This document shows positions 1 to 15,300 of a stretch of 64,000 nt of DNA, piece by piece. Position numbers and translations under genes: made by a program. Location: positions 397,296,001 through 397,360,000 of the forward strand of contig NW_027362769.1 in assembly GCF_046119375.1 (NCBI RefSeq), read 5' to 3'. The DNA comes from Phyllobates terribilis. Taxonomy: Eukaryota. Position 1 is the first letter of the stretch; every line of letters begins with the position of its first letter. A model generated the notes under the pieces. It did not search any database and was not told the DNA's origin. It worked only from the letters and a program-made list of their open reading frames with translations.

Positions 1-3000
1 CGGTGTACATACATTACTGATCCTGAGTTACATCCTGTATTATACTCCAGAGCTGCACTCACTATTCTGCTGGTGCAGTCACTGTGTACATACATTACAT
101 TACTGATCCTGAGTTACCTTCTGTATTATACTCCAGAGCTGCACTCACTATTCTGCTGGTGCAGTCACTGTGTCCATACATTACATTACTGATCCTGAGT
201 TACATCCTGTATTATACTCCAGAGCTGCACTCACTATTCTGCTGGTGCAGTTACTGTGTACATACATTACATTACTGATCCTGAGTTACACCCTGTATTA
301 TACTCCAGAGCTGCACTCACTATTCTGCTGGTGCAGTCACTGTGTACAAACATTAAATTACTGATCCTGAGTTACCTCCTGTATTATACTCCAGAGCTGC
401 ACTCACTATTCTGCTGGTGGAGTCACTGTGTACATACATTACATTACTGATCCTGAGTTACCTCCTGTATTATACTCCAGAGCTGCATTCACTATTCTGC
501 TGGTGCAGTCAGTGTACATACATTACATTACTGATCCTGAGTTACCTCCTGTATTATACTCCAGAGCTGCACTCACTATTCTGCTGGTGCAGTCACTGTG
601 TACATACATTACTGATCCTGAGCTACATCCTGTATTATACTCCAGAGCTGCACTCACTATTCTGCTGATGCAGTCACTGTGTACATACATTACATTACTG
701 ATCCTGTGTTACCTTCTGTATTATACTCCAGAGCTGCACTCACTATTCTGCTGGTGCAGTCACTGTGTACATACATTACTGATCCTGAGTTACATCCTGT
801 ATTAAACTCCAGAGCTGCACTCACTATTCTGCTGGTGCAGTCACGGTGTACATACATTACTGATCCTGAGTTACATCCTGTATTATACTCCAGAGCTGCA
901 CTCACTATTCTGCTGGTGCAGTCACTGTGTACATACATTACATTACTGATCCTGAGTTACATCCTGTATTATACCCGAGAGCTGCACTCACTATTCTGCT
1001 TGTGCAGTCACTGTGTACATACATTACATTACTGATCCTGAGTTACCTTCTGTATTATACTCCAGAGCTGCACTCACTATTCTGCTGGTGCAGTCACTGT
1101 GTCCATACATTACATTACTGATCCTGAGTTACATCCTGTATTATACTCCAGAGCTGCACTCACTATTCTGCTGGTGCAGTCACTGTGTACATACATTACA
1201 TTACTGATCCTGAGTTACATCCTGTATTATACTCCAGAGCTGCACTCATTATTCTGCTGGTGCAGTCACTGTGTACACACATTACATTACTGATCCTGAG
1301 TTACCTCCTGTATTATACTCCAGAGCTGCACTCACTATTCTGCTGGTGCAGTCACTGTGTACATACATTACTGATCCTGAGTCACCTCCTGTATTATACT
1401 CCAGAGCTGCACTCACTATTCTGCTGGTGCAGTCACTGTGTACATACATTACATTACTGATCCTGAGTTACATGATGTATTATACTCCAGAGCTGCACTC
1501 ACTATTCTGCTGGTGCAGTTACTGTGTACATACATTACACTACTGATCCTGAGTTACATCCTGTATTATACTCCAGAGCTGCACTCACTATTCTGCTGGT
1601 GCAGTCACTGTGTACATACATTACATTACTGATCCTGAGTTACCTCCTGTATTACACTCCAGAGCTGCACTCACTATTCTGCTGGTGCAGTCACTGTGTA
1701 CATACATTACTGATCCTGAGTTATATGCTGTATTATACTCCAGAGCTGCACTCACTATTCTGCTGGTGCAGTCACTGTGTGCATACATTACATTACTGAT
1801 CCTGAGTTACATCCTGTATTATACTCCAGAGCTGCACTCACTATTCTGCTGGTGCAGTCACTGTGTACATACATTACATTACTGATCCTGAGTTACACCC
1901 TGTATTATACCTCCAGAGCTGCACTCACTATTCTGCTGGTGCAGTCACTGTGTACATACATTACATTACTGATCCTGAGTTATATCCTGTATTATACTCC
2001 AGAGCTGCACTCACTATTCTGCTGGTGCAGTCACTGTGTACATACATTACATTACTGATCCTGAGTTACACCCTGTATTATACCTCCAGAGCTGCACTCA
2101 CTATTCTGCTGGTGCAGTCACTGTGTACATACATTACATTACTGATCCTGTGTTACCTTCTGTATTATACTCCAGAGCTGCACTCACTATTCTGCTGGTG
2201 CAGTCACTGTGTACATACATTACTGATCCTGAGTTACATCCTGTATTAAACTCCAGAGCTGCACTCACTATTCTGCTGGTGCAGTCACGGTGTACATACA
2301 TTACTGATCCTGAGTTACATCCTGTATTATACTCCAGAGCTGCACTCACTATTCTGCTGGTGCAGTCACTGTGTACATACATTACATTACTGATCCTGAG
2401 TTACATCCTGTATTATACCCGAGAGCTGCACTCACTATTCTGCTTGTGCAGTCACTGTGTACATACATTACATTACTGATCCTGAGTTACCTTCTGTATT
2501 ATACTCCAGAGCTGCACTCACTATTCTGCTGGTGCAGTCACTGTGTCCATACATTACATTACTGATCCTGAGTTACATCCTGTATTATACTCCAGAGCTG
2601 CACTCACTATTCTGATGGTGCAGTCACTGTGTACATACATTACATTACGGATCCTGAGTTACCTCCTGTATTATACTCCAGAGCTGCACTCACTATTCTG
2701 CTGGTGCAGTTACTGTGTCCATACATTACATTACTGATCCTGAGTTACCTCCTGTATTATACCCCAGAGCTGCACTCACTATTCTGCTGGTGCAGTCACT
2801 GTGTCCATACATTACATTACTGATCCTGAGTTACAGCCTGTATTATACTCCAGAGCTGCATTCACTATTCTGCTGGTGCAGTCACTGTGTACATACATTA
2901 CATTACTGATCCTGAGTTACCTCCTGTATTATACTCCAGAGCTGCACTCACTATTCTGCTGGTGGAGTCACTGTGTACATACATTACATTACTGATCCTG

Positions 3001-6000
3001 AGTTACCTCCTGTATTATACTCCAGAGCTGCACTCATTATTCTGCTGGTGCAGTCACTGTGTACATACATTACATTACTGATCCTGAGTTATATCCTGTA
3101 TTATACTCCAGAGCTGCGCTCACTATTCTGCTGGTGCAGTCACTGTGTACATACATTACATTACTGATCCGGAGTTATATCCTGTATTATACTCCAGAGC
3201 TGCACTCACTATTCTGCTGGTGCAGTCACTGTGTACATACATTACATTACTGATCCTGAGTTACCTCCTGTATTATACTCCAGAGCTGCACTCACTATTC
3301 TGCTGGTGCAGTCACTGTGTACATACATTACATTACTGATCCTGAGTTACCTCCTGTATTATACTCCAGAGCTGCACTCACTATTCTGCTGGTGCAGTCA
3401 CTGTGTACATACATTACATTACTGATCCTGAGTTACATGATGTATTATACTCCAGAGCTGCACTCACTATTCTGCTGGTGCAGTTACTGTGTACATACAT
3501 TACACTACTGATCCTGAGTTACATCCTGTATTATACTCCAGAGCTGCACTCACTATTCTGCTGGTGCAGTCACTGTGTACATACATTACATTACTGATCC
3601 TGAGTTATATCCTGTATTATACTCCAGAGCTGCACTCACTATTCTGCTGGTGCAGTCACTGTGTACATACATTACATTACTGATCCTGAGTTACACCCTG
3701 TATTATACCTCCAGAGCTGCACTCACTATTCTGCTGGTGCAGTCACTGTGTACACACATTACATTACTGATCCTGAGTTACCTCCTGTATTATACTCCAG
3801 AGCTGCACTCACTATTCTGCTGGTGCAGTCACTGTGTCCATACATTACATTACTGATCCTGAGTTACCTCCTGTATTATACTCCAGAGCTGCACTCACTA
3901 TTCTGCTGGTGCAGTCACTGTGTACATACATTACATTACTGATCCTGAGTTACCTCCTGTATTATACTCCAGAGCTGCACTCACTATTCAGCTGGTGCAG
4001 TCACTGTGTACATACATTACTGATCCTGAGTCACCTCCTGTATTATACTCCAGAGCTGCACTCACTATTCTGCTGGTGCAGTCACTGTGTACATACATTA
4101 CATTACTGATCCTGAGTTACATGATGTATTATACTCCAGAGCTGCACTCACTATTCTGCTGGTGCAGTTACTGTGTACATACATTACACTACTGATCCTG
4201 AGTTACATCCTGTATTATACTCCAGAGCTGCACTCACTATTCTGCTGGTGCAGTCACTGTGTACATACATTACTGATCCTGAGTTACCTTCTGCATTATA
4301 CTCCAGAGCTGCACTCACTATTCTGCTGGTGCAGTCACTGTGTACATACATTACTGATCCTGAGTTACCTCCTGTATTATACTCCAGAGCTGCACTCACT
4401 ATTCTGCTGGTGCAGTCACTGTGTACATACATTACATTACTGATTCTGATTTACACCCTGTATTATACCTCCAGAGCTGCACTCACTATTCTGCTGGTGC
4501 AGTCACTGTGTACATACATTACATTACTGATCCTGAGTTATATCCTGTATTATACTCCAGAGCTGCACTCACTATTCTGCTGGTGCAGTCACTGTGTACA
4601 TACATTACATTACTGATCCGGAGTTATATCCTGTATTATACTCCAGAGCTGCACTCACTATTCTGCTGGTGCAGTTACTGTGTACATACATTATATTACT
4701 GATCCTGAGTTACCTCCTGTATTATACCCCAGAGCTGCACTCACTATTCTGCTGGTGCAGTCACTGTGTCCATACATTACATTACTGATCCTGAGTTACA
4801 TCCTGTATTATACTCCAGAGCTGCACTCACTATTCTGCTGGTGCAGTCACTGTGTACATACATTACATTACTGATCCTGAGTTACACCCTGTATTATACC
4901 CCAGAGCTGCACTCACTATTCTGCTGGTGCAGTCACTGTGTACATACATTACATTACTGATCCTGAGTTACAGCCTGTATTATACTCCAGAGCTTCATTC
5001 ACTATTCTGCTGGTGCAGTCACTGTGTACATACATTACATTACTGATCCTGAGTTACCTCCTGTATTATACTCCAGAGCTGCACTCACTATTCTGCTGGT
5101 GGAGTCACTGTGTACATACATTACATTACTGATCCTGAGTTACCTCCTGTATTATACTCCAGAGCTGCATTCACTATTCTGCTGGTGCAGTCACTGTGTA
5201 CATACATTACATTACTGATCCTGAGTTACCTCCTGTATTATACTCCAGAGCTGCACTCACTATTCTGCTGATGCAGTCACTGTGTACATACATTACTGAT
5301 CCTGAGTTACATCCTGTATTATACTCCAGAGCTGCACTCACTATTCTGCTGGTGCAGTCACTGTGTACATACATTACTGATCCTGAGTTACCTCCTGTAT
5401 TATACTCCAGGGCTGCACTCACTATTCTGCTGGTGCAGTCACTGTGTACATACATTACATTACTGATCCTGTGTTACCTTCTGTATTATACTCCAGAGCT
5501 GCACTCACTATTCTGCTGGTGCAGTCACTGTGTACATACATTACTGATCCTGAGTTACATCCTGTATTAAACTCCAGAGCTGCACTCACTATTCTGCTGG
5601 TGCAGTCACGGTGTACATACATTACTGATCCTGAGTTACATCCTGTATTATACTCCAGAGCTGCACTCACTATTCTGCTGGTGCAGTCACTGTGTACATA
5701 CATTACATTACTGATCCTGAGTTACATCCTGTATTATACCCGAGAGCTGCACTCACTATTCTGCTTGTGCAGTCACTGTGTCCATACATTACATTACTGA
5801 TCCTGAGTTACCTTCTGTATTATACTCCAGAGCTGCACTCACTATTCTGCTGGTGCAGTCACTGTGTCCATACATTACATTACTGATCCTGAGTTACATC
5901 CTGTATTATACTCCAGAGCTGCACTCACTATTCTGCTGGTGCAGTCACTGTGTACATACATTACATTACTGATCCTGAGTTACCTCCTGTATTATACCCC

Positions 6001-8428
6001 AGAGCTGCACTCACTATTCTGCTGGTGCAGTTACTGTGTACATACATTACATTACTGATCCTGAGTTACACCCTGTATTATACTCCAGAGCTGCATTCAC
6101 TATTCTGCTGGTGCAGTCACTGAGTACATACATTACATTACTGATCCGGAGTTACCTCCTGTATTATACTCCAGAGCTGCACTCACTATTCTGCTGGTGG
6201 AGTCACTGTGTACATACATTACATTACTGATCCTGAGTTACCTCCTGTATTATACTCCAGAGCTGCATTCACTATTCTGCTGGTGCAGTCACTGTGTACA
6301 TACATTACATTACTGATCGTGAGTTACATCCTATATTATACTCCAGAGCTGCACTCACTATTCTGCTGGTGCAGTCACTGTGTACATACATTACATTACT
6401 GATCCTGAGTTACCTTCTGTATTATACTCCAGAGCTGCACTCACTATTCTGCTGGTGCAATCACTGTGTACATACATTACATTACTGATCCCGAGTTACC
6501 TTCTGTATTATACTCCAGAGCTGCACTCACTATTCTGCTGATGCAGTCACTGTGTACATACATTACATTACTGATCCTGAGTTACCTTCTGTATTATACT
6601 CCAGAGCTGCACTCACTATTCTGCTGATGCAGTCACTGTGTACATACATTACATTACTGATCCTGTGTTACCTCCTGTATTATACTCCAGAGCTGCATTC
6701 ACTATTCTGCTGGTGCAGTCACTGTGTACATACATTACATTACTGATCGTGAGTTACATCCTATATTATACTCCAGAGCTGCACTCACTATTCTGCTGGT
6801 GCAGTCACTGTGTACATACATTACATTACTGATCCTGAGTTACCTTCTGTATTATACTCCAGAGCTGCACTCACTATTCTGCTGGTGCAGTCACTGTGTA
6901 CATACATTACATTACTGATCCTGAGTTACCTTCTGTATTAAACTCCAGAGCTGCACTCACTATTCTGCTGGTGCAGTCACTGTGTACATACATTACATTA
7001 CTGATCCTGAGTTACATCCTGTATTAAACTCCAGAGCTGCACTCACTATTCTGCTGGTGCAGTCACGGTGTACATACATTACTGATCCTGAGTTACATCC
7101 TGTATTATACTCCAGAGCTGCACTCACTATTCTGCTGGTGCAGTCACTGTGTACATACATTACATTACTGATCCTGAGTTACATCCTGTATTATACCCGA
7201 GAGCTGCACTCACTATTCTGCTTGTGCAGTCACTGTGTACATACATTACATTACTGATCCTGAGTTACCTTCTGTATTATACTCCAGAGCTGCACTCACT
7301 ATTCTGCTGGTGCTGTCACTGTGTACATACATTACATTACTGATCCTGAGTTACATCCTGTATTATACTCCAGAGCTGCACTCACTATTCTGCTGGTGCA
7401 GTCACTGTGTACATACATTACATTACTGATCCTGAGTTACCTTCTGTATTATACTCCAGAGCTGCACTCACTATTCTGCTGGTACAGTCACTGTGTACAT
7501 ACATTACATTACTGATCCTGAGTTATATCCTGTATTATACCCCAGAGCTGCACTCACTATTCTGCTGGTGCAGTCACTGTGTACATACATTACATTACTG
7601 ATCCTGAGTTACATCCTGTATTGTACTCCAGAGCTGCACTCACTATTCTGCTGGAGCAGTCACTGTGTACATACATTACATTACTGATCCTGAGTTACAT
7701 CCTGTATTATACTCCAGAGCTGCACTCACTATTCTGCTGGAGCAGTCACTGTGTACATACATTACATTACTGATCCTGAGTTACATCCTGTATTATACCC
7801 CAGAGCTGCACTCACTATTCTGCTGGTGCAGTCACTGTGTACATACATTACATTACTGATCCTGAGTTACATCCTGTATTATACTCCAGAGCTGCACTCA
7901 CTATTCTGCTGGTGGAGTCACTGTGCACATACATTATATTACTGATCCTGAGTTACCTCCTGTATTATACTCCAGAGCTGCACTCACTATTCTGCTGGTG
8001 CAGTTACTGTGTACATACATTACATTACTGATCCTGAATTACATCTTGTATTATACTCCAGAGCTGCACTCACTATTCTGCTGGAGCAGTCACTGTGTAC
8101 ATACATTACATTACTGATCCTGAGTTACCTCCTGTATTATACCCCAGAGCTGCACTCACTATTCTGCTGGTGCAGTCACTGTGTACATACATTACATTAC
8201 TGATCCTGAGTTACATCCTGTATTATACCCCAGAGCTGCACTCACTATTCTGCTGGTGCAGTCACTGTGTACATACATTACATTACTGATCCTGAGTTAC
8301 ATCCTGTATTATACTCCAGAGCTGCACTCACTATTCTGCTGGTGCAGTCACTGTGTACATACATTACATTACTGATCCCGAGTTACATCCTGTATTATAC
8401 TCCAGAGCTGCACTCACTATTCTGCTGG
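1..8428 (+). repeat. 86-bp tandem array, ~98 copies visible, runs off the left edge; inside a SETD1A intron
   Basis: Unit cagtcactgtgtacatacattacattactgatcctgagttacatcctgtattatactccagagctgcactcactattctgctggtg; ORF starts recur every 86 nt; 81- and 87-bp variants. Confidence 0.98.
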
Positions 8429-8654
8429 TTGTTACAGCAGCCCCTTGGCTAAGCTTCTCTTATAGTTATTTTTTAATGGGCAGATGATGACATTTCCCAG
8501 CTATTTCTGTACAGACACTGAACCATAAGGTAATGTTGAGATTTCAGCTGTGAAGCTTGCAGAACTGTTAATGCTGCTTTGCTGTATGATCCGGGCTGTA
8601 ATGTATGAGAAGAGCACGGGATAAGTAATGTGGGTGATGAGAGCCGTCATGTCT

Positions 8655-8986
8655 TCACCACTGTAGTGGACCTCCCCCCTCATTGTAGTAGACCCCCCCA
8701 CCCACCACTGTAGAGGAATCTCACACACACACACACACACACTTGAGCAGACCTCCCCCACCACTGTAGTGGACAACCTCCCCCACCATTATTGCAGACC
8801 CCCTCTCACAGACACACTGTAGCCGGACCACCCCCCCCACACACACACACTGTAGCAGACCCCACACACACACCCACACACTGTAGCAGACCCCCCCCCC
8901 CCACACACACACACACTGTAGCAGACTTCCTCCACACACAATCATTGTAGCAGACCCCCCCACACACACTGTAGCAGACCCCCCCC

Positions 8987-9021
<35 letters not shown>

Positions 9022-9022
9022 T
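8655..9022. repeat. CA/C-rich short-unit repeat with (CA)n
   Basis: Recurring cacactgtagcagacccccc plus CA runs. Confidence 0.85.
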
Positions 9023-9056
9023 GGCAGATCAACCGATGTGTGGAGTGAGGACTTAC

Positions 9057-9323
9057 TCGGTGTCAGATCTTTCTCTGTGAGGGGCTTCACTGCGGCCTGT
9101 GGAGGGGGGCTGGGTGGTCTCAGAAGTTCAGTAACTGTCGGTGTTACAGGGGCGTCCTCCTGGTCTTCTTCATCGTCAGAGGACGCAGGCGATGATGAGG
9201 AGGATGATGAGGATGAGGACGAGGAGGAGGAAGAGGAGGACGAGGTGCTGCTGTCGGATTCGCTGGAGCTGTCGCTGTCGTCGGACACGATCTTGTTGGA
9301 CAGTTTGGCGAGCGGCGTCTCAT
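9057..9323 (-). CDS. SETD1A: SETD1A poly-Ser exon (DETPLAKL...SSSSSSSS...EKDLTP)
   Basis: 267 nt, phase 1/1, GTAAGT donor; poly-Ser tract as in the mammalian protein. Confidence 0.88.
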
Positions 9324-12300
9324 CTGGAGAATAAAGCAAAGGTAAAAACACCGGAAACCTGCGACATCTACACACCCGGAACTGGGGAGTCCAGGATCGT
9401 TAGTAGTGCACTGTCCCTTTAAGAGAGGGCACTTAATGAGGTCAGCTTCTTTTCTGGGCTCCTTGTTATCCCCAAGGTTTTCTGCCCTCACACATCCCCG
9501 CCCAGTACACCACCTCAGCCCGGGGCCCATGTGTCCCCTCCAGATGAGCATCCTATGAGCTCTCACCGTCTGAGTCTTCATCCTTGCTGCGGTCATCATC
9601 GTCGTCATCCTCGTCCTGCAGACAAACACATTAAGGCTCAGGACCTGCACCGGCAGCACAATGACCACAAGATAACCAGCGCAGGACGGGCTCTGCTACA
9701 TCAGAGGAGTGAACACACGGTGTCCGCACCCCTCCAGCAGATATTCTTCTACCTGGTGTTCAAATGTCCCATCTACACACCACTTCTGTCCTCCTCCTCC
9801 CAACCCTGTCCTCTCCGTCTTTCTCCTCTCAACCCTGTCCTCTCCGTCTTCCTCCTCCCAACCCTGTCCTCTCAGTCTTCCTCCTCCCAACCCTGTCCTC
9901 TTCGCCCTCCTCCTCCCTACCCTCCCTCTTCACCCTCCGCCCTCCTCCCTCCTGCTTCACCCCTCTCTCCTCCCTCCTGCTTCACCCCTCTCTCCTCCCT
10001 CCTGCTTCACCCCTCTCTCCGCCCTCCTGCTTCACCCCTCTCTCCGCCCTCCTGCTTCACCCCTCTCCGCCCTCCTGCTTCACCCCTCTCTCCGCCCTCC
10101 TGCTTCACCCCTCTCTCCGCCCTCCTGCTTCACCCCTCTCTCCGCCCTCCTCCACCCCTCTCTCCGCCCTCCTCCCCCCCTGCTTCACCACTCTGTGTCC
10201 TCCTCCCCCCTGCTTCACCCCTCTCGCCGCCCTCCTCCCCCTGCTTCACCCCTCTCGCCGCCCTCCTACCCCCCGCTTCACCCCTCTCGCCGCCCTCCTG
10301 CCCCCTGCTTCACCTCCTCCCCCCTGCTTCACCCCTCTCGCTGCCCTCCTACCCCCCGCTTCACCCCTCTCGCCGCCCTCCTCCCCCCTGCTTCACCCCT
10401 CTCGCCGCCCTCCTCCCCCCTGCTTCACCCCTCTCGCCGCCCTCCTACCCCCCGCTTCACCCCTCTCGCCGCCCTCCTGCCCCCTGCTTCACCCCTCTCG
10501 CCGCCCTCCTGCCCCCTGCTTCACCCCTCTCGCCGCCCTCCTCCCCCCTGCTTCACCCCTCTCGCCGCCCTCCTACCCACCGCTTCACCCCTCTCGCCGC
10601 CCTCCTCCCCCCTGCTTCACCCCTCTCGCCGCCCTCCTACCCACCGCTTCACCCCTCTCGCCGCCCTCCTCCCCCCCTCTCGCCGCCCTCCTCCCCCCTG
10701 CTTCACCCCTCTTTGTCTTCCTCTCCCCCGGATGCACTCTATGTCCCCTCTTTACAGACATCTCACCTTATCGGATGCAGATTCCTCAGACTCTCCTTCG
10801 CTGTCTAGCGGGAAGTTGTTCCTGTGCTTGTGCTTCGTCCTCTCCGCCTCCTGCTGCGGCATCTTTCCTCCTGCTCGCGTTTCTGACGGTGTGTCTTTCT
10901 CTCGATCTAGGAGGTGAATCACTCGGGGTAATGAAGATGCGAGATTGCGTCGCAGGGTGTGAGCGCCAGTCACAGACACTTACCGTCCTCCTCCTCCTCT
11001 GCAGGCGTGGAGGGTCTTGGCCTCTTCTGCTCACCATCTTCACTCTCTGAGAGGTGCTTCCTCTTCACCTGCGCAGATGGGCGAATAAAGTAAGAAGGCG
11101 ACGCAAGATACTGAGGGGTCAGGTTTCCCCGGAAACAAATGGAAGACAGGTGTGCCAAGGCTCACCTTGAAGGAAGGAAGCCGCAGAGCCTCCCGGAGAC
11201 CAGAACCAAAACCGAAGCCTTCGGCACCTCCGCTCTTGGCCCAGTCCACAAGTGACAGAAGCCCGGGCTCCTTGGGACGGCTCTTCTCCTTATCTTCTTC
11301 CCGAGGAGCTGGTTTGGGCACGTTTTGGAAAGGCTGCAGACAGAAAACGGATTGGAGACCAGGATGCTGGTGTCTTACCTGATAGAGCCGGTGTCCTCCG
11401 ACATAGCTTACCTTCGCCTTCTCCTCTTTGCAATCCCACCATTCATCGAAGGCTCGGAAGGCCACGTTCTCCACCATCTTCCTGTTTAGGTCTCTTTGCA
11501 TTGTGCTCTTCATCTCCTGGATCAGAGAGGACAGCACGCTCATGACGGTAGCCGCATGGGGGTCCACTTCTTGCACCCAGCCCATGGGCCGTGGCTCCTG
11601 GCCCAGAGTTCTGTTTGTCCTGGTGGTGAGGTCCCTCAGTGGTAACAAGGGTTGGGGGTCTTGGGACGGGAAGTGGGTATATGCCCCACCAAATACCGGC
11701 TCTGTCATGAGCGGCAGCAACTGTCGATGTCTGTGGGCCAGCAGGTGAGGGAGCAATGGTGGGGGGTAGGGCTCATCAAACGACTGCCCTTTATCCTGCC
11801 TGCATTGCTGTAGGCGGCTAAGCATCTGCGTCTGCATCTGGAAAGACATTGACATGCCGCCCCACTGGTTGCCCAGCCTGTTCACCAGCTCCATGGAGTT
11901 CACAAAGTCATAGATATGGGGAGCGGGCACTGCTGAAGACGAAGCAGGGTCAAGAGGGGGAGGGGAGACCGGTCGCCCTCCAAGTTCTCCAATCCGACCT
12001 CTGACAGCTGTGGGGTCCATGAGTGGATAGGCATTAGGGGCCTGATGGTGCGGGAGAGGGGGCATCGACAGAAGAGTTGTCGGGATAGTTTGAGAGGGGT
12101 AAGTGCCCACTGGGCCTGTGAGGTGGGGCACCATGGGATAAGGTGGGCCGGGAGCTCCAGGCAACTCGATGGCAATTTCTTCATCTGAGATTTCCATGTC
12201 CTCTCCGGAAGACAGCTGAGGAGACAGAAGGAAGCCATTAATAGAGAGAACCACCAAGAACGGTCAAATCTAGCAAGACGAGAGGCAACATGAGGCGGGA

Positions 12301-15300
12301 TGCACATACGTAACCAAACGAGTGCCAACACGAGGTGGGACACACAGATGTAACCAGACGAGCATCAACACGATGCCGGATGCACAGATGTAACCAGACG
12401 AGCGTCAACACAAGGAGGAACGCAGATGTAACCAGACGAGCGTCAACACGAGGAGGAACGCACAGACGTAACCAGACGAGCGCCAACATGAGGTGGGACA
12501 CACAGATGTAACCAGATGAGTGTCAGCACGAGGAGGGACGCACAGACGTAACCAGACGAGCGCCAACACGAGGGAGTTCGCACAGATGTAACCAGACGAG
12601 CGTCACCATGAGGAAGGACGCACAGATGTAACCAGATGAGCGTCAGCATGAGGTAGGACGCACAGATGTAACCAGATGAGCGTCAGCACGAGGTGGGACA
12701 CAGATGTAACCAGACGAGCACCAACACGAGGTGGGACGTGCGGACCTAAACAGATAAGCACCAACACAAGGCAGAACATGCAAAAGTAACCAGACATCAA
12801 ACACGACATGGGACGCAACTAGACGAGCACCAACACGAGGTGGGACGCACAGACGTAACCAGACGAGTGCCAACACGAGGTGGGACACACAGATGTAACC
12901 AGACGAGCATCAACACAATGCCGGACGCACAGATGTAACCAGACGAGCGTCAACGCAAGGAGGAATGCAGATTTAACCAGACAAGCGTCAACACGAGGAG
13001 GAAAGCACAGACGTAACCAAACGAGCGCCAACATGAGGTGGGACACACAGATGTAACCAGATGACTGTCAGCACGAGGAGGGACGCACAGACGTAACCAG
13101 ACGAGCGCCAACACGAGGAAGTTCGCACAGATGTAACCAGATGAGCGCCAACACGAGGAAGTTCGCACAGATGTAACCAGACGAGCGCCAACACGAGGAA
13201 GTTCGCACAGATGTAACCAGACGAGAGTCACCATGAGGAAGGACGCACAGATGTAACCAGATGAGCGTCAGCATGAGGTGGGACATAGATGTAACCAGAC
13301 GAGCACCAACACGAGGTAGGACACACAGATGTAACCAGATGAGCGTCAGCACGAGGTAGGATGCACAGATGTAACCAGACGAGCGCCAACACGAGGTGGG
13401 ACACAGATGTAACCAGACGAGCACCAACACGAGGTAGGACGCACAGATCTAACCAGACGAGCGCCAACACAAGGAGAGACCCACTGACATTGCAAGGCGA
13501 GCGACAACACAAGGCATGACGCACAGACCTAACCAGATGAGCACCAACACGAGGTGGGACACAGATGTAACCAGACGAGCACCAACACAAGGCGGGACAA
13601 ACAGATGTAACCAGACGAGCGCCAACACGAGGTGGGACACACAGATGTAACCAGACAAGCGCCAACATGAGGCAGGATGCACAGGCGTAACCAAACGAGC
13701 ACCAACAGGAGGTAGGACGCACAGATGTAACCAGACGAGCGCCAACACAAGGAGAGACCCACTGACATTGCAAGGCGAGCGACAACACGAGGCATGACGC
13801 ACAGACCTAACCAGATGAGCACCAACACGAGGTAGGACGCACAGATGTAACCAGACGAGCACCAACACAAGGCGGGACACAAAGATGTAACCAGACAAGC
13901 ACCAACACGAGGTGGGACACACAGATGTAACCAGACGAGCACCAACACGCGGTAGGACGTACAGATGTAACCAGACGAGAGCCAACACGAGGTGGGACGC
14001 GCAGTCCTAAAAAGAGATAAGCACCAACACAAGGCAGAACATGCGAAAGTAACCAGACATCAAACACGACACGGGACGCAACTAGACGAGCACCAACAAG
14101 AGGCGGGACGCACAGACGTAACCAAACGAGCACCAACACAAGGCGGGACACACAGATGTAACCAGACAAGCGCCAACATGAGGCAGGATGCACAGGCGTA
14201 ACCAAACGAGCACCAACAAGAGGCGGGATGCACAGACGTAACCAAAAGAGCACCAACACAAGGCGGGACACACAGATGTAACCAGACAAGCGCCAACACG
14301 AGGCCGGATGCACAGGCGTAACCAAACGAGCACCAACACGAGGTGGGACGCGTGGATGCAACCAGACAGGCGCCAACACGAGGAGGGACACACAGATGTA
14401 ACCAGACGAGCGCCAATACGAGGTGGGACGCGAGGATGCAACCAGACTAGAGCCAAAACGAGGCGTGACACACACAAATAACTAGACAAGCGCTAACACA
14501 AGGTGGGATGTACAGGTGTAACCAGATGAGCGCAAAAACGAGGCAGGAGGCACAGACGAGAACTATGAGGTGGGACACACAGACGTAATCAGATGAGCGC
14601 CAACACAAGCTGGGATGCACAGACGAGAACCAACATGAGGCGGGAAGCGGAGACGTAACCAGAGAACCAGCAACACGAGGCGGGAAGCGGAGACGTAACC
14701 AGACAAGCGGCAACACGAGGTGGGACGCACAGACGTAACCAGACGAGCGGCAACACGAGGCGGTACGCACAGACGAGGAGGGACGCACAGACGAGTGCCA
14801 ACACGAGGTGGGACACACAGACCTAGTCAGACGAAAGCCAACATGACGTGGGACGCACAGACGTAATCAGATGAGCGCCAACACGAGGCTAAACACGCAA
14901 TGCAGATGTAAGCTGACCTGCACCAACACAAGGCAGGACGCGCGAGAGTATCCAGACAACATCCAAAAGGGACGCACAGACGTATCCAAACAAGCGTCAA
15001 CACAAGGTGGGAAACACAGATGTAAAATCAGACAACATCCAGCACGAGGCGGTATGGATAAAAGTATCCAGCCGAGCACTAACACGAGGAAGTACACGCA
15101 GACGTAATCAGATGAGCGATAAAACGAGGCGGAACACGCAACGCAGATGTAAGTCAACTTGCACCAACATGAGGCAGGACGCGTGAAAGTAATCAGACAA
15201 CATCCAACACGAGGCGGGACACACAGATGTAACCAAACAAGATTCAACATGAACCGGGATGCGCGGATGCAACCAGACGAGCGCCAACACGAACCGGGAC

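Noticed and set aside
1-8428. CRISPR-like array
   Set aside because: Units are contiguous near-identical monomers without unique spacers, no cas genes, eukaryotic intron context.
84-8452. Dozens of 64-aa [11 protein letters not shown] ORFs (also at 50108-51148)
   Set aside because: Translation of the 86-bp tandem unit; no coding signature.
9038-9334. Plus-strand acidic ORF ([14 protein letters not shown])
   Set aside because: Antisense shadow of the SETD1A poly-Ser exon.
9531-11050. Long Pro/Leu/Ser-rich plus-strand ORFs (402-428 aa)
   Set aside because: Pyrimidine minisatellite lacking stop codons.
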